From positions 32,001-96,000 of the IMG/VR virus record IMGVR_UViG_3300028886_000066: a stretch of DNA of 64,000 nt; one strand, 5' to 3'. This DNA is from a virus. Lineage: Duplodnaviria > Caudoviricetes. Below, in pieces: positions 38,901-49,600 of this stretch. Position 1 is the stretch's first letter, and each line of letters opens with the position of its first letter. Position numbers and translations under genes: made by a program. The notes below the pieces were generated by a model, which was not told the DNA's origin, searched no databases, and was given only the letters and a program-made list of their open reading frames with translations.

Positions 38901-38945
38901 GAGCGGTGGCGGTGAGGTTATAGTCACCGTTGCCGCTTTTTGTTT
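38901..38945 (+). terminator. Intrinsic terminator
   Basis: AGCGGTGGCGGTGA...TCACCGTTGCCGCT followed by TTTT. Confidence 0.75.
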
Positions 38946-38971
38946 GGGAAGGATTTTTAATTTTGTGAGGA

Positions 38972-41212
38972 ATGGATATTGACTACGTTGTCCCTATGGT
39001 TTTCGATGATGATGAGCAGTGGCGAAAAGATTATGTCACGGCGCATCATGTGCTGCGTTATGGCGGCGGTAATGTGAGGTATCGGTCGTGGGGAAATGAG
39101 GAACTTTTGATTAGGTGTATCAGAAAATTCATGCCCTTCGTGCGTACCATATATATTATATTGGCGCGGGAGAGTCAGAAGAAGGCGTGGATGGATGGTG
39201 AACATTTCGGAGAAGCGAAAGGCACGGTGAGGGTTGTTTATCATCGTGAGTTTGTGCCTGAGAAGTATTTGCCTTGTTTCAATAGCTGTACGTTGGAGAT
39301 GTTCGTACCGTTTATTGAGGGGTTGTCGGAACACTTCATTTATGGGAATGATGATATGTTCCCCGTGTCTCCGTTGAAAGAGACGGACTTTTTCGTCAAT
39401 GGATTGCCCGTGCAGCATCTTAGTGAGAAGGCTTTCCCTGATAATCCGAGCATATTCCATAAGAAATGCAAGAACCAGCAGAAGATGATTGCCTCTTCTC
39501 TGGGCATAGAGATTGGTGACACCCACTTACATAACGGGCATAATCTCGCACCTATGCTCAGGAGTTCATGTCTGGAGGTAAGGGAGATATTTGATAAGGA
39601 AATAACTGACGGTATAACTCCGTACCGTTCAGAGACGAGTTATAACCAATATCTTTATGTGTTGTGGCAGCATTTTACGGGAAGATATGTTGACGGCAGG
39701 GCGAAGAGTACCTACGTTTCGGTAAAAGAACCAGTCTCGCGTATCAGAGAGGTTATATGTAAATCAAAAGGGGTTGTTTGTGTGAATGACAATGAGCGTG
39801 CTGGCGACATAAGTGAACACGCCGCGCTTGTAAGAAGAATCCTTAACGAGAAATTGATGAGTAAGAAAGAATCTGATTATAGAATATGGGTCACGTACCA
39901 CCGTGACGAGTTGGTATCTCAGTATGGCTTATTGGATGATGACCACCATAAGTTGTTTGCCAGCCACAAAGATATTGAAGGTAAGAACATCAATCATCTG
40001 AATCCTGTATATTCAGAGATGGTGACGATGTGGTATGTGTGGAAGAATAATATCAAGAGTGAATATATTGGCTTTGAACATTACCGACGCCACTTGAATA
40101 TCCGCAGGATGCCGCGAAAAGGCGAATGTCAGGTGTTCAGGGCGATCAACTTCGGCAAACAGACGATTTACGAGCAGTATGCAAAATGTCACAATGTGAA
40201 GGATATTGACGTGATGCTTGGCATACTTGGGGGAAGGTTTGGTAAGTCTAATCCGTATGCAAGACATATCACAGAAGACAGTGTTCTGATTGCCAACTGC
40301 ACGTTCCTGATGAAATGGACTGATTTCAAGAAGTTGTGCGAGTTCATGTTTCCACTGTTGGAAGATTTCGCTGTTTTGTCAGGAATCAGGAACAACTCTT
40401 TAGAGGAATGGAATAATAAAGCTCAAAAGGATTTTGGTAATAATAGGACGGCATACCAGATGCGCGTAGTGTCTTTTTTGGCCGAGCGACTTATTTCCGC
40501 GTGGATAAATACGCATATGAAGTGGTGGAATGGTATTGATGTCGCTATCGTTCACTACAACACCCCTGAACTGACAGATGCGGCCATACGCTCTTTGAAT
40601 AAGTTTACGCCGGGATGTCGGGTGACTATCTTTGACAATAGCAACGAAAAACCTTTTGTCAACAGCTACAAGAATGTCTCTGTCATCGACAATACAAAAG
40701 GGCAGATAATCGACTTCGAAGAAATACTGAGCCATTATCCTGACAAGGAACTTAGCGAAAGAAACAAGAGTGATTTTGGTAGTGCCAAACACTGCAAAAG
40801 TGTTGACATATTGATGGACTACATACCTGACGGTTTTCTACTGATGGATTCTGACGTTCTTGTCACGAATGATGTTCGTAAGTTAGTACGTTATGACGTA
40901 GCCGTGTCAGGCATGGAGCATACGAAGGACGGCGTTACGCTGTTTCAGCCTTTTCTCTGTTGGATTAATGTGCCGATGCTCCGTGTGAATGACATTCGCT
41001 ATTTTAACGGCGACAAGATGTGGGCTTTGAGCCGTATATTCCCGAATAACAGATATGACACAGGTGCGTGGTTGTTTGAGGAAGTACGGAACAAGAACCT
41101 TGAATGGCTTGCGGTCGATATTTGGCGGTTTATCATTCACTTCGGTCATGGTAGCTGGCGAGATAAGAACGGCAGGGCATGGTTAGAGGAACACAAGGAT
41201 TTGTATGAGTAA
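38972..41212 (+). CDS. Tri-domain Stealth hexose-1-phosphate transferase, DUF4422 and GT-A (GT2-like) glycosyltransferase
   Basis: Stealth CR1 IDYVVPMV, CR2 YLPCFNS...GLSEHFIYGNDDMF, CR4 CVND. DUF4422 NHLNPVYSE...YIGFEHYRR. GT VAIVHYNT...FDNS...MDSD. Confidence 0.85.
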   Translation: MDIDYVVPMVFDDDEQWRKDYVTAHHVLRYGGGNVRYRSWGNEELLIRCIRKFMPFVRTIYIILARESQKKAWMDGEHFGEAKGTVRVVYHREFVPEKYLPCFNSCTLEMFVPFIEGLSEHFIYGNDDMFPVSPLKETDFFVNGLPVQHLSEKAFPDNPSIFHKKCKNQQKMIASSLGIEIGDTHLHNGHNLAPMLRSSCLEVREIFDKEITDGITPYRSETSYNQYLYVLWQHFTGRYVDGRAKSTYVSVKEPVSRIREVICKSKGVVCVNDNERAGDISEHAALVRRILNEKLMSKKESDYRIWVTYHRDELVSQYGLLDDDHHKLFASHKDIEGKNINHLNPVYSEMVTMWYVWKNNIKSEYIGFEHYRRHLNIRRMPRKGECQVFRAINFGKQTIYEQYAKCHNVKDIDVMLGILGGRFGKSNPYARHITEDSVLIANCTFLMKWTDFKKLCEFMFPLLEDFAVLSGIRNNSLEEWNNKAQKDFGNNRTAYQMRVVSFLAERLISAWINTHMKWWNGIDVAIVHYNTPELTDAAIRSLNKFTPGCRVTIFDNSNEKPFVNSYKNVSVIDNTKGQIIDFEEILSHYPDKELSERNKSDFGSAKHCKSVDILMDYIPDGFLLMDSDVLVTNDVRKLVRYDVAVSGMEHTKDGVTLFQPFLCWINVPMLRVNDIRYFNGDKMWALSRIFPNNRYDTGAWLFEEVRNKNLEWLAVDIWRFIIHFGHGSWRDKNGRAWLEEHKDLYE

Positions 41213-41232
41213 CAAAAAAAAAGTTGGATAGA

Positions 41233-41772
41233 ATGGAAAAAGAACCTAAGATTGAGCAGCCGTCCATTGAAGCACAGAGGACGTATGCCAGCATGAGAGA
41301 CAATGACGCGACTATTGTTCCCGTGTTAGGAACAAAGAAGAAATACAAGATTCGTTGGCTGAAGAAGGGGCAGATAAACAAATTGTCCCGACTTCTGATA
41401 CGTAAGTCCGGAACAGATGAAAAAGACGGTGCAAACGACTCACCTCTTGATGCTATTCGTGAGGATTCAAAGCTAACGTGCAAGGCCGCAGCTATTTATA
41501 TCCTTGACGGCTATTGGAAACTGAAGTTCCGCTACTGGTTCCTGTGGCGGTGGTTCTACTATATTAGGCAGTACGATGACGTACAACTTCAGGCTATACT
41601 TACGGAGGGTCAAAAAAAAACTCCGCTCACGCCGTTCTTGATAGCTACCATGTTACTGACAGAGGCAAGGGTTTCGCTAATGAATATGAGGACGGAAGAA
41701 GCCGAGCGTATCCTTCTCGCACAGCCTTCGGCGCAGCAGCAGGAGACGGAAAAGCCCGCCAATGGCTCCTGA
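41233..41772 (+). CDS. Tail assembly chaperone (G-like)
   Basis: After tail tube; A9 slippery run at 41612-41620. Confidence 0.6.
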   Translation: MEKEPKIEQPSIEAQRTYASMRDNDATIVPVLGTKKKYKIRWLKKGQINKLSRLLIRKSGTDEKDGANDSPLDAIREDSKLTCKAAAIYILDGYWKLKFRYWFLWRWFYYIRQYDDVQLQAILTEGQKKTPLTPFLIATMLLTEARVSLMNMRTEEAERILLAQPSAQQQETEKPANGS

Positions 41773-42077
41773 TGCCGAGGTACTTCCTGTTCGGCTTCAT
41801 TGAAGTTCCTATGTGGGACTATTATTGGGGGCTGACGGCTGCACAGGTAGAGCTACTGACAATCGACCAGCCTATTGTCGTGTATAAGGCCGACAAGGAT
41901 AATGACAAGCCATGGAAGAAAGGCACTGTATCTGAGGGGTATGCCAACAAGCAGTACCAGAAGTGGCTTGAGAAGAAGAAGAAGCGAGAGGCAGAGGGTA
42001 AAGACCTCGATTTCAGGACTGGCAGGAAAGTAGACTTCGGTCATTTCATTGCCACTGGAGAGAAGAAAGAGATTTAA
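41772..42077 (+). CDS. Tail assembly chaperone T-like part (probable -1 frameshift product)
   Basis: -1 frame is open from 41619 into this ORF. Confidence 0.55.
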   Translation: MPRYFLFGFIEVPMWDYYWGLTAAQVELLTIDQPIVVYKADKDNDKPWKKGTVSEGYANKQYQKWLEKKKKREAEGKDLDFRTGRKVDFGHFIATGEKKEI

Positions 42078-42093
42078 GCATCACATTTTTATT

Positions 42094-42152
42094 AAAGTCC
42101 ACACCGAGAAGAGCGATGGTATAGCCGCCCGTTCTTCCCAGTGTGGGCTTTT
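42094..42152 (+). terminator. Stem-loop plus T-run
   Basis: AAAGTCCACAC...GTGTGGGCTTTT. Confidence 0.55.
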
Positions 42153-42200
42153 GCCTTCCTGTGATGCGGGTGCATTGTTGAACATATAAATAATGTGTCT

Positions 42201-42428
42201 ATGAAGGCAGTAGAATTATTGAAAATCTTTAGAGAACCGTTAAATTTGATGTCAAAGAATGGCATCTTACTTGAAGACTACAAGTATGTTGAGGCTTACG
42301 AGCATTTTCTGCAGATGCGAATGTATGGCGTGAAGTACCGTGCTGCAATAGCTATTCTTGCAAAAGAATGGAATGTCGGAGAGCGCACGTTGCAGCGGGC
42401 TTTTAATAGGCTGTCCCAGGAGTGTTAA
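42201..42428 (+). CDS. Small HTH protein
   Basis: LAKEWNVGERTLQRAF helix-turn-helix. Confidence 0.65.
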   Translation: MKAVELLKIFREPLNLMSKNGILLEDYKYVEAYEHFLQMRMYGVKYRAAIAILAKEWNVGERTLQRAFNRLSQEC

Positions 42429-42560
42429 ATGCCGTCTTCTTGTGACTGCTGAAACGTGTCTGTATGCTTGCTGCTCGTTGGGTTAATGACTAACTTTGCC
42501 ATTGTCAAAGCGCGATGACAAAGAAATAATAGTATTAACCTAAAAATGCAGTATTTCGAT

Positions 42561-43493
42561 ATGGCAGAAATTTATAGTGTACCCGACAATTCGGGATCTA
42601 CTCCACAGTTTACAATCCCTATCGGTGGACTTGGTAATGGTGGTATGTTCGGCAATGGCTTTAACTCCATCGCTGATTTGTTCGGACTGGCAATCATAGC
42701 CTCAATGTTCGGTTGGGGTAACGGTAACGGCTTCGGCGGTGGCTGGGGCGGTGGCAATGGTGCTGCTGGTTTCCTTAGTAACCAACTCAATAACGATTCA
42801 GGTCGTGAGCTTATCATGCAGGCAGTGACCAATCAGGGCGAGGCTTCACGTACAGCGATTCAGTCACTTGCGACCGCATTAGGGCAGGATTTCACCCTTG
42901 TCAATCAAGGCGTACAGACCGTACAGAATGCACTCAGCAACCTTGCCTTGCAGCAGGCCGTGAGCGTACCTCAGATTATCAACTCCATACAGAGTGGTGA
43001 TGCAAGTCTTGCAAGTGCCTTCCAGAAGTGTTGCTGCGACCAACAGCTCGCTACTTGTCAGCAGACAAATACATTACAGAATGCTATCAACGGTGTAGGC
43101 AACCAAGTACAAGCAAAGGCTGCTGCCGACCAGTTGGCTATATGTCAGCAGACTTACGCTCTGACTGACAACATGAATCGCAACTTCCTTGCTATTGACA
43201 ACAAGCTTGATGCTATGGAGTCAAATCGCAAAGACCGCGAGATTACCGCTTTGACGGCAGAAGTCGCATCGTTGAAGTCTCAGAACTTCACCACAGGTGT
43301 TGTTCAGCAGGCTGTTGCTCCTATTCTTGGTCAGCTTGCTGGCATCCAGAATCAGGTTGATGACATCAAGAACAAGATGCCAAATACCATCGCAGTAACA
43401 TATCCAAATGTTACCGCCGTAAACAACACTCCATATATGGGTGGTTGGAATGGTTTTTATGGTAACGGGTTCGGCAACCAGATTGTGTTTTAA
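42561..43493 (+). CDS. Gly-rich TM and Gln-rich coiled-coil protein with CCC motif
   Basis: GFGGGWGGG; QKCCCD; own TAACTTTG promoter at 42491. Confidence 0.8.
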   Translation: MAEIYSVPDNSGSTPQFTIPIGGLGNGGMFGNGFNSIADLFGLAIIASMFGWGNGNGFGGGWGGGNGAAGFLSNQLNNDSGRELIMQAVTNQGEASRTAIQSLATALGQDFTLVNQGVQTVQNALSNLALQQAVSVPQIINSIQSGDASLASAFQKCCCDQQLATCQQTNTLQNAINGVGNQVQAKAAADQLAICQQTYALTDNMNRNFLAIDNKLDAMESNRKDREITALTAEVASLKSQNFTTGVVQQAVAPILGQLAGIQNQVDDIKNKMPNTIAVTYPNVTAVNNTPYMGGWNGFYGNGFGNQIVF

Positions 43494-43520
43494 CGATTAA
43501 GTGGATAGGAGGTATATAGC

Positions 43521-43853
43521 ATGTGTTTCAATAATGTAACAACAAATGCGGGAGGAATACCACTACTCGTTTCAACCGCAACCACTATTGGTACTGAGAC
43601 TATCGACATTGCAATGGGCTTCCGCAGGATTCAGCCTCTTGGCTATTTTACTCTCCGTATTTCGGATGTAATACCTGCCGATGCCACAACGACACTACCT
43701 GTTACTTTGACACTAAATGGCACTACACGTCAGTTGACACTCCCCAACGGAGAAAACGTCACTGCCGCAGAATTGCTGAACGTAAGTACAATTTTGGTGT
43801 GGAATGACAGATTCAACGGCTCGCTGATGTTAATGTCTCGTACCGTAGTGTAA
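43521..43853 (+). CDS. Hypothetical beta-rich protein
   Basis: Operon context. Confidence 0.75.
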   Translation: MCFNNVTTNAGGIPLLVSTATTIGTETIDIAMGFRRIQPLGYFTLRISDVIPADATTTLPVTLTLNGTTRQLTLPNGENVTAAELLNVSTILVWNDRFNGSLMLMSRTVV

Positions 43854-43885
43854 TACGCCCAAGCGTCTGGCAAGCGTTCTTTGAC

Positions 43886-44518
43886 TTACTGATTGACAAG
43901 AGATTTTTCGTAGTCGGATAGGTACATCCAACGTCTTTTTCTTACAGGTCTGCCTGTGTGTTTGATTGAGTCTATTATAGACGAACGTCCAAACCCATCC
44001 TTTCCTGCATCAGACATAGACTTATAATGCGTTACTGTTCCGTCTTTCGATATACATACCACTGGCTTCCATAGGGTAGTCATTTGCTTCCCTAAATGTG
44101 ATTCAGATTGCCGCTTTCTTGCAATTTGGTTCATGTTGTTTTCGGAGTGTGTACACCATCTGAGGTTAGACACAACGTTGTTCAGTCCATTTCCATCTAT
44201 ATGGTCAATTTCTGTCCTGTTGTTTGGATTTGGTATAAATGCAAAAGCAACAATTCTATGAACAAGAAATCGCTTCCGCTTGTTAAACTCGCTCAAATAC
44301 AGCATATAATATCTCTGTTTGCGACGTTTGATAACGGTTGGTTTAAGTAGTTTGGGGTATGTTACGGCAGTGTTATGACCATCAGACCTTGGTCTTGATG
44401 TAAACTTTCTAACCATCCTGCCAAAAGATGAAACCATGTAAGATTCCTCGTACCCAACTACATCTCGCCACTCTTCTCCTTCGAGTCTTATAGACTCAAT
44501 AAATTCTTTGTTTGTCAT
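43886..44518 (-). CDS. NUMOD4-HNH homing endonuclease
   Basis: EEWRDVVGYE; VHRIVAFAFIPNP; IDHIDGNGLNN; NLRWC. Confidence 0.92.
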   Translation of the reverse strand: MTNKEFIESIRLEGEEWRDVVGYEESYMVSSFGRMVRKFTSRPRSDGHNTAVTYPKLLKPTVIKRRKQRYYMLYLSEFNKRKRFLVHRIVAFAFIPNPNNRTEIDHIDGNGLNNVVSNLRWCTHSENNMNQIARKRQSESHLGKQMTTLWKPVVCISKDGTVTHYKSMSDAGKDGFGRSSIIDSIKHTGRPVRKRRWMYLSDYEKSLVNQ

Positions 44519-44664
44519 TTTTCTTTCTGAGTTAAATAACTTCTGAGATTTTAAAAAAGGGAAGAGCCTCAGAAATACTCTTGTCAGTCGGTGGCCAAAC
44601 CAACCTATCCCGATGCAAAGGTACAAATAAATTAGTGAATAAACAAAATTTAAAGTAAAAAACA

Positions 44665-45207
44665 ATGGATTTCAATGCCTTGGGAGCGGGTCAGCCGTTC
44701 TACGTTTTACAGAAAAGTGAGAAGCCTGTTTTACAGGTAGGTGTGGTAAAGTCAAAGAGCGAGCCCAAATCGCCCTATCAGACGAACCAGCCTGCGATAT
44801 TCAATGGTCTTGCCTCAATGCAGGTCCAGAACCTCGTAGTCGATATGGTGGTTACGCTCAACGGTGCTGACGTGCCTTTCAGCAACCTTCCAATGAATGC
44901 CGAGACGTCATCATACAACAATGGACAGACGTTTGTCAGTTGCAGCCGTGAGGCGATGCTTCAAGGCGTGGACTCGATGATACAGGCGTCAAGGAAGGCT
45001 CTTGAGCAGGTAGGTTATCACGAGTCCGTCCTTTCTGAAGGTGAGAAGATGCTTGAAACGCTTAATCCCCGCTACGCCGAGGAGAAGCAGCGTGACCGTA
45101 GTATCAAGTCCTTGGAGGAGCGTCAGGCGGCTACCGACAGCAAGCTCGACAAGATTCTCTCGCGTCTCGACGAGTTCTTTGCGCCATCCAAGAAACAGAA
45201 TCCTTAA
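44665..45207 (+). CDS. Hypothetical protein with C-terminal coiled coil
   Basis: Continues the cassette after the HNH gene. Confidence 0.8.
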   Translation: MDFNALGAGQPFYVLQKSEKPVLQVGVVKSKSEPKSPYQTNQPAIFNGLASMQVQNLVVDMVVTLNGADVPFSNLPMNAETSSYNNGQTFVSCSREAMLQGVDSMIQASRKALEQVGYHESVLSEGEKMLETLNPRYAEEKQRDRSIKSLEERQAATDSKLDKILSRLDEFFAPSKKQNP

Positions 45208-45220
45208 ACAAGTTACGATT

Positions 45221-45457
45221 ATGGGAAGACATTTTATCATTGTAGACGATAAGCACACTGATGACGGCTATCGTCGTGAGGAAATGTACCGTCGCATGAA
45301 TGGTGGCTATCGCAATGACGGTTACCGTATGCACGAAGGCAGCAAGGAGAAGGAGTACGACGAGGGCTACCGCACAGGTTATGAGCATGGCTATAAAGAC
45401 CATGAGCAGGATGAGAACTGGCGTCGTATGCGCGACTCTCGCGGACGGTATATGTAG
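45221..45457 (+). CDS. Low-complexity R/Y/G/E protein
   Basis: GYR repeats; RMRDSRGRYM end. Confidence 0.7.
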   Translation: MGRHFIIVDDKHTDDGYRREEMYRRMNGGYRNDGYRMHEGSKEKEYDEGYRTGYEHGYKDHEQDENWRRMRDSRGRYM

Positions 45458-45518
45458 TTAATAATGGGGTGGGTGTTTAGTTACGCCCATCCCTATATTG
45501 TATAAAAGACGGATAAAT

Positions 45519-45917
45519 ATGAAACAGTATATTTCAGAAGACAGGGCTATCTATGAAGACCTGTATAAAGGCCAGTTCAGCAGGAAGCTGGCTCAGTGGG
45601 CAATCTCTAATATGGAGGTGGAAGACCCTACTAATGGTGACATGAAGAAGATAACGCCTCGCTCGGCAGATGATGTCGCGGAAATTCTCTCTGCCAATAA
45701 GGTGAAGTTGCCAGACAGTATGTTCTATACGGCATGGTACTTGTTCAATATGGCCATCGCCGACTATCAGAAGACGTGCAAGACGGATGAGCAACGTGCA
45801 ACGTTTGTGGAAGAGACACTGCTTGACCCTGACGGTTGTCCTGAGAACACCCTTGACTGCTTTGTGACCAAGATGGGGAATGCTGGAATACCTATATTCT
45901 GGGAGAGATTCGTTTAG
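45519..45917 (+). CDS. Hypothetical protein
   Basis: Operon context. Confidence 0.78.
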   Translation: MKQYISEDRAIYEDLYKGQFSRKLAQWAISNMEVEDPTNGDMKKITPRSADDVAEILSANKVKLPDSMFYTAWYLFNMAIADYQKTCKTDEQRATFVEETLLDPDGCPENTLDCFVTKMGNAGIPIFWERFV

Positions 45918-45920
45918 CCT

Positions 45921-46328
45921 ATGGTAACGACTGGTTTTTGGATTGGTGACAGAGATTGGTGGATAATGGCATCTTTGGGTGTGTCTGACACAGAAGACCT
46001 GAATGATGTGTATGAGGCTTTGTTGTCCGTCGGTTGTCCTGACTATAAGGCGCGAGAGGTGTGTATGACGCTCTCTCAGCCGAACAATGGTTATACTTTG
46101 ACGGACTACGAGGGTAAGTACTCTCTGATGTTTGTCAGCTGGGCAACATCACCAGAGCAGATGTACGACTCCATCGACCATGAGAAGCAGCACGTCATTG
46201 CCCATATCAGCAAGTACTATGACATAGACCCGAAGAGCGAGGAGGCTGCGTATCTTGCTGGTGAGCTTGGGCGATTGCTTTTCCCCGCTGCATCGTATGT
46301 AGTCTGCCCGTTATGTCACGGTATATGA
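45921..46328 (+). CDS. Putative zinc metallopeptidase-like protein
   Basis: HEKQH (HExxH) plus EEAAY third-ligand-like motif. Confidence 0.55.
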   Translation: MVTTGFWIGDRDWWIMASLGVSDTEDLNDVYEALLSVGCPDYKAREVCMTLSQPNNGYTLTDYEGKYSLMFVSWATSPEQMYDSIDHEKQHVIAHISKYYDIDPKSEEAAYLAGELGRLLFPAASYVVCPLCHGI

Positions 46329-46537
46329 AGACTGGCTTATACCCTCTGAGCGACAGCGTCAACCTTCTCGTATTGAAGGGAGTGAACCTGTTGTCGCTTG
46401 ATGATGTAGACTCATGGCTATATGCTATCGGCATGAATGCCAGTGAGCGTAGTGAGGCGTGTTGTCAGTTGATTTCAGATGGTCATTTTGATGTGTGCAA
46501 CATCGAATATCGTGTCCATGTGAAGTGTTTGGCGTAG
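46325..46537 (+). CDS. Small hypothetical protein
   Basis: ATGA-coupled. Confidence 0.5.
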   Translation: MKTGLYPLSDSVNLLVLKGVNLLSLDDVDSWLYAIGMNASERSEACCQLISDGHFDVCNIEYRVHVKCLA

Positions 46538-46587
46538 TTAGGTTCTCTTTAATTGGAAGTGGGGTGGCATTCGTGTCACCCTTTGTT

Positions 46588-46663
46588 TTGCAATGTGTTT
46601 GCAAATATAATTGCTTGTTTTGCAGGTTGTTCGAGGAAATAGTTAAAGTTTTAATTATTTTTG
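46588..46663 (+). promoter_or_regulatory. Late promoter for tape measure gene
   Basis: TTGCAATGTGTTT box at 46588; TATTTTTG at 46656. Confidence 0.65.
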
Positions 46664-46688
46664 CCGTACAACACAAAAATTACGAGAT

Positions 46689-49600
46689 ATGGCAAATACA
46701 TTGATGTTCGAGGTCGGTGTAAAAGAGGCTGGCAACCAACTCTCCGATTTGGAAAAAAGATTAAAAGAACTTGTCGCAAAGTACGGCACGATGAAGATAG
46801 CTGTTGAGATAGGCAATCTTGACACGTTTATCAATGCACTAAAAACTATAGGCAACGGTGAACAGTTAAAGCCGCTATTAGACCGCATTCAAACTTTACA
46901 GAACCGATTGGGTGCGCTTGGAGACAAAGGCCAATACTTTGATATGCTAAGAGGTAACGCCGCCGCCGCCGCTAAGGAGGTTGAGAAAGCGGAAAAGTAT
47001 CTTGTTGCAATGCAGAAGACTGGTAACACAGGCTTTATAGCAAGTGCTAAAGATAGTTTGCAAAGGGCGCAGGTAGAGGCTACAAGAGCAAACGAAATGC
47101 TTGCTTCTGCTACAGAGCGTTTTGCTAAGGAGGAAGAGCGAGTTGCCCGCGAAACGAACAACACAAAAGCACGGATAGATGCACTTGGTACAAGTGTCAC
47201 GGAATTACATGCAAAGCTTGGAAGCGGCATAAACATTAACTTTGATACGAGTAAATTCAGTGCTTGGGCGTCAGAAGTTCAAGGCGTATCGTTAGCTGTA
47301 AAGGAACTGGTAGAGCAGCTGAAGAATATTACACCATTAGATGGATTAAAGACCATAACCACATCGGCACAAAGTGCAACAAATGCGTTGAAATATACGA
47401 CAGAAGAAATTGAAAGACAGAAGAATACAGTAGAGAAATACGAAGCACTTCTTGCGTCTCGCACGAGATGGGTAACAAATCAAAGGGAAGCTTTATCATC
47501 GGCTTATTATGGACTGAATATTGACGGCCCCAAGCGTCTGCTCGATATTGAAAAAGAACGTGCTCAAGTTCTTGACCAAATCAAGAAGAAAGAAAAAGAT
47601 TTGTCCGATGAAAGACAGGCATACTTAAAAGGTAGGCTTTCTGGTATATCTGCTCCAGAAAAGGCAGTTCTTCGGTCTATGGAGAAAGCCTACCAATTCA
47701 CTGTGAAGATGAATGCTGAAGCTCAGTCGTTTAAAGCCAATATTGGGAAAGACGCTATATATTCTCTGAGAAGTGAATTACAAAACTTGAATGTATCGAA
47801 TCTTTCTTCCACAATGCACGAAGTTAAAGATTATATATCATATTTAAAGGAAGAATTAAAAAGACTTGGAAGCAATTCATCCATTGACACAAGTGGATTA
47901 CAGACTTTAATACAGAAAGCAGAAGAAGCCTATCAAGCTTATAAAAAAATAACCAATGAGCATAATAAAGCTTTGGGAAAATATGCGGAAGCATCAGGTC
48001 ACCCGTCTTTTGGTTATATGGGAGCTGTTTCCGGTCATAACCAGTTGATGGGGTTATACGCAAAAAATGAATCTCTAAGCGAAGAATCAAGAAGCCTCAA
48101 GTATCATCTTGACAAAGAAACAGAGTCATTGGAAGCACAGGCGAAAGCATCTCAAAATCTTGCTCAAGCAAAACAAAAGCTTAATGAGATGCAGGCACAA
48201 AATGCTCAGTCTGCAGAGAAAGTGGCTCAAGCCACCCAACAACTCAATCAAGCAGAGCAAAAGATTGCTGAGACGCAACAAAAGGGAGCGCAACAGGGAA
48301 ATCTCTTTGACCCTCAAAAGTTTACGAGCCTACAGGAAGCTATAGACAAGATTATTTCAGAGATTAACAGGCTAAAAGAGGCGTTCTCTGGTATCGGTAA
48401 GATAGAAGGCTTGTCGCAGATGACGACCGACATCAATGGTCTGATGCACAATGTCAACAATCTGAAAGATGTGTTGTCAACGCTTAGTTCTGCTGTTAAG
48501 ATTGACCAGAGTTCTCCGCTCATCAAGAAACTGACTGCTGATGCCGAAGCCGCAGAGAAGAAGATACAGGAGTTAACGGAGAAGCTGAATGCCATGTCAG
48601 CGGCTCAGAACAAGGTCGCCGAGAGTGTTGCCAAGTCTGGTAAGAGCGAGACGCAGGTCACTGACTCTCAAACGGCAATGTTCAACAGGTACAGGAAGCT
48701 GATGGCCGACATCCATAATATCAAGCGCGAAATCGTTGATATTCAGCGTAGTGACGGTGGTGGTGGTGCTCTTGGTGCGCAGTTGGGCCAGTATTTCTCT
48801 GCATTGAACAGGGTACGCAATGAGATAGCAAAGATAACATCTGCACCCAGCCTTGCTGAAGCCATATCGCGCGGTATGAGTTCTGAGATGCTGAGTAAGC
48901 TCAGTTCGTCTCTTGCGGCCATCAAGTCTGAGTTCAAGGAAGTTATAAGCGGTGCAAAGGCTTTCAACAAAGAGTTTGATAAAGGTAGTGCTCAGTCAGA
49001 GGCGCGTATCAGAAAACTTGGTATGGCTTTCAATGAGCTAAAGAACTACATGAAGAAGAATGGTGGTTCTGAGGAGATGCGGAAGTTGCAGTCGGAGATT
49101 CAGGTTGCCATTCAGAAGATGCGTCAGCTGATGAACGCAGGCGACTATAGTGGTGCTATCCGTGTCTTTGAGCGCATGAATAGCACTATTAGGCAAACAT
49201 CTCAGGCCATTAAAGAGTATGAACGTTCCGTCCTTGGCGCAGCTGCATCAAATTCACACTTATCCGCTTCCGAACAACAGTTAGCCAACAGTATTAAACA
49301 TAGTACTGATTCTATGAGGAGTCAGTCACAAGTTTTAGGAGACCTAAAAACGTTGGCGACGCAATATCTCGGTGTTTGGGGCGCACAAGGATTCCTTCGT
49401 AATGTTATAGAAATTGGTGGTCAGTTGGAACAACAGCGTCTCTCTATTGGTGCCATTCTCGGAGATATGGCGGCGGGTCAGCATTTGTTTGACCAAATCA
49501 AGGAACTTGCCCTTACCTCCCCATTTGGCGTAATGGAGCTTGATAAAGACACTAAGCAGTTGTCAGCATACGGATTCAAGCAGAGCGAGTTGTTTGATAT

